From NCBI RefSeq assembly GCF_006345805.1, contig NC_043000.1, forward strand, positions 6,014,001 through 6,078,000: DNA of 64,000 nucleotides, read 5' to 3'. Positions within the stretch are counted from its first letter, which is position 1. Each line of letters begins with the position of its first letter. The notes under the pieces are model-generated. The model worked only from the letters and a program-made list of their open reading frames with translations, was not told the origin of the DNA and made no database searches. Shown here in pieces: positions 62,421-64,000 of this stretch. A program made the translations under genes and the position numbers. Source of the DNA: Octopus sinensis. Lineage: Eukaryota.

Positions 62421-64000
62421 AATTTTATTGGGGTATATAAGCCTGGTGTTTACGATATTAAGCACATCTATAAGACAAAACTGTAAACTGATTGCATTGA
62501 ACTATGATGAAACAATAGTAAATTGTAAAACAATTTACTCACTACATTCTTTATTTGTCACTATAGTGACAGGAGTGGCTGTGTGGTAAGTAGCTTGCTT
62601 ACCAACCACTGTGTGGCACCTTGGGCAAGTGTCTTCTACTATAGCCTCGGGCCGACCAAAGCCTTGTGAGTGGATTTGGTAGACGGAAACTGAAAGAAGC
62701 CTGCTGTATATATGTGTGTGTATGTGTCTGTGTTCGCCCCCCCCTCCCCCAACATTGCTTGACATCTGATGCTGGTGTGTTTACGTCCCCATAACTTAGT
62801 GGTTCGGCAAAAGAGACTGATAGAATAAGTACTAGGCTTACAAAGAATAAGTCCTGGGGTTGATTTGCTCAACTAAAGGCGGTGCTCCAGCATGGCCGCA
62901 GTCAAATGACTGAAACAAGTAATAGAATAAAAGAATATATATATATGCACACACACATATTTCACGTGAGCTACCAGACTATCCAGTGCTGTTACACTTC
63001 GCTGGTCACAGTGTGCTTTGCTTTGTTTTAACCTTCAAATGATGTTATCCCATTGACTCGGTAAACAGACCAACATTCACCCCCAACTCCTGATTGAAAG
63101 TGAGAGTGAGGCAACATGAAATGAAGTGTTTTGCTCAAGAACACAACAACACATTGCCTGGTCTGGGAATCGAACCCATGAACTAGCAATCACATATATT
63201 GGATATGAATTAGAAATTTATGATTTTTATTGACTTGGAAATAAATACAAAATGAATTAAATATGATTTTAGTTGAATTTTTATTATTATTTCTATGATG
63301 TCACTGAATACAGAATATATTTTTTGTCACCCATTATTAAAGTAAAACAAATGGACCAATCAAAATGGTGCTTGCAAAAGAAATGAAGGAGGAGTCTTGG
63401 TTATTGCTTAAATATCATTAATAGGGAGTTTGCTAAATTGTGACAGTGACCACCATGTTTTCTCTTATAAAACCAGTCACCAGATGAATGTAATAAATCA
63501 AGTGTACATCTTGTTCATCTAAATTGATACACACAAACATAATTAAGGATGCAACCTAACACTAAAAGAATAAAATCTTGGACAGAGAAGAATTTTTCCA
63601 TAAACATTTGAATTTGTGAACATAAAAAATGTATTTTAACCCTTTTGTTACTGTATTTATTTTGAGATGTTCTGTGTTTCTTTCAATTACTTTAAATATA
63701 ACAAAGAATTTAGTAAAATAACTTAGTTATCATTAAGCTAGTATTAGGAATATAAACTGCGACTAAGGTTTGGTGGTATATTTTGATGCAAAACTTATGA
63801 AAACAAGACATTTGTACTACAGAGCCAGAGCTGGTTTTGGCCGGGTTGGTAACAAAAGGGTTAAGTGATAAGATACTTACTTTGCTCTTATATTTTTCAT
63901 TTCCTAAACGAAATTTGACGTAGGGGTCACTGAAGCCATTGTCATCCATTGGCAACAGATTTTTTCCTTCAACCAACACAACAGTCACTACACTGCTCCA
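31722..64000 (-). CDS. MCTP1: Multiple C2 and transmembrane domain-containing protein (MCTP), 3' 15 coding exons (C2B, C2C, two TM regions, C-terminus); 5' end lies beyond the window
   Basis: complement(join(31722..31790,34103..34200,35286..35395,41278..41384,44046..44093,45444..45569,46317..46436,48669..48743,49567..49668,51248..51350,51487..51628,54677..54731,57770..57956,62206..62336,63881..64000)) = 1593 nt, open frame, 530 aa + TGA. Motifs: [70 protein letters not shown]. Confidence 0.95.
32257..32500 (+). mobile_element. tRNA/CORE-type SINE (tail X)
   Basis: GTGGAGGCGTGTGGCTTAGTGGTTAG...TTCGATTCC...GTTCTTGAGCAAAACACTTCATTTC...CATAGAAACCGGGCCCATGAGCCTGG. Confidence 0.85.
33696..33993 (-). 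mobile_element. CR1-type LINE 3' end (different subfamily) with long (TTA)n tail
   Basis: [32 protein letters not shown] on the minus strand; shorter 3' UTR ending GTGCACCTGAGCACTGTACACAAT(TAT)n. Confidence 0.85.
34103..34200 (-). CDS. MCTP1: MCTP exon
   Basis: tttcag|[33 protein letters not shown]|gtatgt. Confidence 0.95.
34311..35216 (-). mobile_element. Tc1/mariner relic, DD37D (maT/mori-type), internally deleted
   Basis: [10 protein letters not shown]...[11 protein letters not shown] with exactly 37 residues between the aspartates (two W>TGA stops); imperfect TIRs CAGGGTGTGTTGGGTAAATTGTC / CATGGTGAGGTGAATAAACTGTC; TA at 35217-35218. Confidence 0.85.
35286..35395 (-). CDS. MCTP1: MCTP exon (second TM region)
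   Basis: ttacag|[37 protein letters not shown]+G|gtaagt. Confidence 0.93.
36721..38391 (+). mobile_element. Non-autonomous Helitron (composite)
   Basis: A|TCTCTTATTATAAAAG 5' end; 3' hairpin CCTGAGCAACGCCGGG then TACTGCTAG|T; last 320 bp or so shared with 46744-47139. Confidence 0.8.
38952..39510 (+). pseudogene. Decayed Penelope-like element reverse transcriptase fragment
   Basis: Across frameshifts: [17 protein letters not shown], a GL.RD..LLILRN-like segment, [38 protein letters not shown]....FIN...TH. This order matches PLE RT domains 4-7 and thumb (recognised from memory of the family). Confidence 0.7.
40057..40274 (+). mobile_element. CR1-type LINE 3' end (short)
   Basis: Near-identical to 3245-3462. 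Confidence 0.9.
41278..41384 (-). CDS. MCTP1: MCTP exon
   Basis: atacag|[35 protein letters not shown]+AA|gtaggt. Confidence 0.93.
41442..41757 (-). mobile_element. tRNA-headed element with degenerate hammerhead and inverted partial duplication
   Basis: Minus-strand A box TGGCATAGTGG and B box GAGTTCAAACC (41635-41708); CTGATGA-AGGCT..AGCC-AAAACG (41497-41542); inverted head+tail copy at 41711-41757. Confidence 0.65.
42936..43232 (+). mobile_element. tRNA-derived SINE (head A, tail A)
   Basis: Colinear with 2194-2490. Confidence 0.85.
44046..44093 (-). CDS. MCTP1: MCTP exon (acidic stretch)
   Basis: tttcag|[16 protein letters not shown]|gttcgt; the acidic loop between TM regions is typical of MCTPs. 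Confidence 0.85.
44505..45325 (+). mobile_element. 5'-truncated RTE LINE with repeat-containing 3' UTR
   Basis: [11 protein letters not shown]...[17 protein letters not shown]; homologous to 18530-19228. Confidence 0.85.
45444..45569 (-). CDS. MCTP1: MCTP exon (first TM region)
   Basis: tcacag|[42 protein letters not shown]|gtaagt. Confidence 0.93.
46317..46436 (-). CDS. MCTP1: MCTP exon
   Basis: ttgtag|[40 protein letters not shown]|gtaagt. Confidence 0.92.
46744..47139 (+). mobile_element. Non-autonomous Helitron (short)
   Basis: A|TCTTTATATATAAAG...CCCAAGCAACGCTGGG-CTATACTGCTAG|T; inserted at an AT dinucleotide with no TSD. Confidence 0.85.
48003..48484 (-). mobile_element. RTE LINE 3' UTR copy
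   Basis: Reverse complement of 52910-53400 along its length. Confidence 0.9.
48669..48743 (-). CDS. MCTP1: MCTP exon
   Basis: ttacag|[25 protein letters not shown]|gtatgt. Confidence 0.9.
49045..49325 (-). mobile_element. RTE LINE 3' UTR copy (young subfamily)
   Basis: (CAT)n tail; near-identical to 12458-12620. Confidence 0.85.
49400..49439 (-). ncRNA. Minimal (Penelope-type) hammerhead ribozyme motif
   Basis: Minus strand: GCAC CTGAAGA T GGTT-AGAGATCA-AATT GAAA CG TA GTGT; palindromic ACGT stem III, GUA site, weakened stem II. Confidence 0.65.
49567..49668 (-). CDS. MCTP1: MCTP exon (C2C end)
   Basis: ttacag|[34 protein letters not shown]|gtaagc. Confidence 0.93.
50455..50750 (-). mobile_element. 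tRNA-derived SINE (head A, tail X)
   Basis: Head matches 2194-2360; tail matches 32415-32495. Confidence 0.85.
51248..51350 (-). CDS. MCTP1: MCTP exon (C2C)
   Basis: tttcag|[35 protein letters not shown]|gtaaga. Confidence 0.95.
51487..51628 (-). CDS. MCTP1: MCTP exon (C2C)
   Basis: atctag|[47 protein letters not shown]|gtaagt. Confidence 0.95.
51955..52298 (+). mobile_element. Full-length tRNA/CORE-type SINE (tail D) with 12-bp TSD
   Basis: TSD ATCAAATGATTA at 51943-51954 and 52299-52310; A box TGGCTCAGTGG, B box GCTCGAATCC, CORE-like segment. Confidence 0.9.
52858..53403 (+). mobile_element. RTE LINE 3' UTR copy with (GAT)n tail
   Basis: Homologous to 44795-45325 and 18830-19228. Confidence 0.9.
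54677..54731 (-). CDS. MCTP1: MCTP small exon with GC donor
   Basis: tactag|[18 protein letters not shown]+G|gcaagt; needed to keep the frame and supply the DVGWLQVKV start of C2C. Confidence 0.85.
55103..55248. repeat. Loop-less fold-back palindrome (about 70-bp arms)
   Basis: GTCTACCTGCTAGAAATGAGAGCTAAAA...CAAATATTTG...TTTTAGCTCTCATTTCTAGCAGGTAGAC. Confidence 0.9.
55457..55546 (+). ncRNA. Type-I hammerhead ribozyme, intact core, extended stem II
   Basis: TGTCT CTGATGA [TGGAATACC...GGATCAA-CACA-TTGATCC...GGATATCCCA] GAAA C-AGCT-G TA AGACA; predicted cleavage after A55541 (GUA). Confidence 0.75.
56098..56218. repeat. (TG)n microsatellite
   Basis: Direct inspection. Confidence 0.95.
56219..56386. 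repeat. Imperfect inverted repeat (about 76-bp arms, 16-nt loop)
   Basis: 56219-56294 pairs with 56311-56386. Confidence 0.85.
57770..57956 (-). CDS. MCTP1: MCTP exon (C2B end/linker)
   Basis: tttag|[35 protein letters not shown]...REEIVQNY|gtgagt. Confidence 0.92.
61393..62159 (+). mobile_element. Internally deleted mariner element
   Basis: TA-flanked TIRs TGAGGTGGTATCAAAAAGTTCT / AGAAACATTTTGATACCATCTTG; mariner [44 protein letters not shown] and SYSPDLAP motifs, frameshifted. Confidence 0.9.
62206..62336 (-). CDS. MCTP1: MCTP exon (C2B)
   Basis: tttcag|[44 protein letters not shown]|gtataa; phase 2. Confidence 0.93.
62566..62935 (+). mobile_element. Bipartite SINE copy
   Basis: Colinear with 3905-4315. 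Confidence 0.85.
62960..63180 (-). mobile_element. SINE with CORE-like head and tail A, degenerate
   Basis: GGTTCGATTCCCAGACC...GTTCTTGAGCAAAACACTTCATTTC followed by CATTTGAAGGTTAAAACAA...GTGACCAGCGA as in 2415-2460. Confidence 0.65.
63636..63864 (-). mobile_element. piggyBac-type MITE with perfect TTAA TSDs
   Basis: TTAA-CCCTTTTGTTAC...GTAACAAAAGGG-TTAA; 16 nt from the MCTP donor site. Confidence 0.85.
63881..64000 (-). CDS. MCTP1: MCTP exon (C2B N-half; truncated by window edge)
   Basis: [40 protein letters not shown]|gtaagt. Confidence 0.95.

Overview
AT-rich, repeat-dense eukaryotic genomic DNA. The repeat repertoire (tRNA/CORE-type SINEs, RTE and CR1 LINE ends, long TA/TG microsatellites) suggests an octopus/cephalopod genome; this is inference, not a database result. 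Two spliced genes converge tail to tail. On the + strand are the last 3 coding exons of an alpha-arrestin (ARRDC-type; 1473-11197, three PPxY motifs). On the - strand are the last 15 coding exons of MCTP (multiple C2 and transmembrane domain protein; 64000 to 31722, 530 aa reconstructed in frame, one GC-AG intron). Introns and intergenic DNA hold SINEs, RTE and CR1 fragments, two Helitrons, two Tc1/mariner relics (one DD37D), piggyBac- and hAT-type MITEs, and a decayed Penelope-like RT. The least expected signal is a set of type-I hammerhead ribozyme motifs, several inside fold-back structures. One sits behind a tRNA-like Pol III head, which suggests a Penelope-dependent, ribozyme-carrying SINE/retrozyme system. 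Most ORFs in the supplied track are microsatellite or repeat noise. All alignments were done by eye, so repeat boundaries are approximate.
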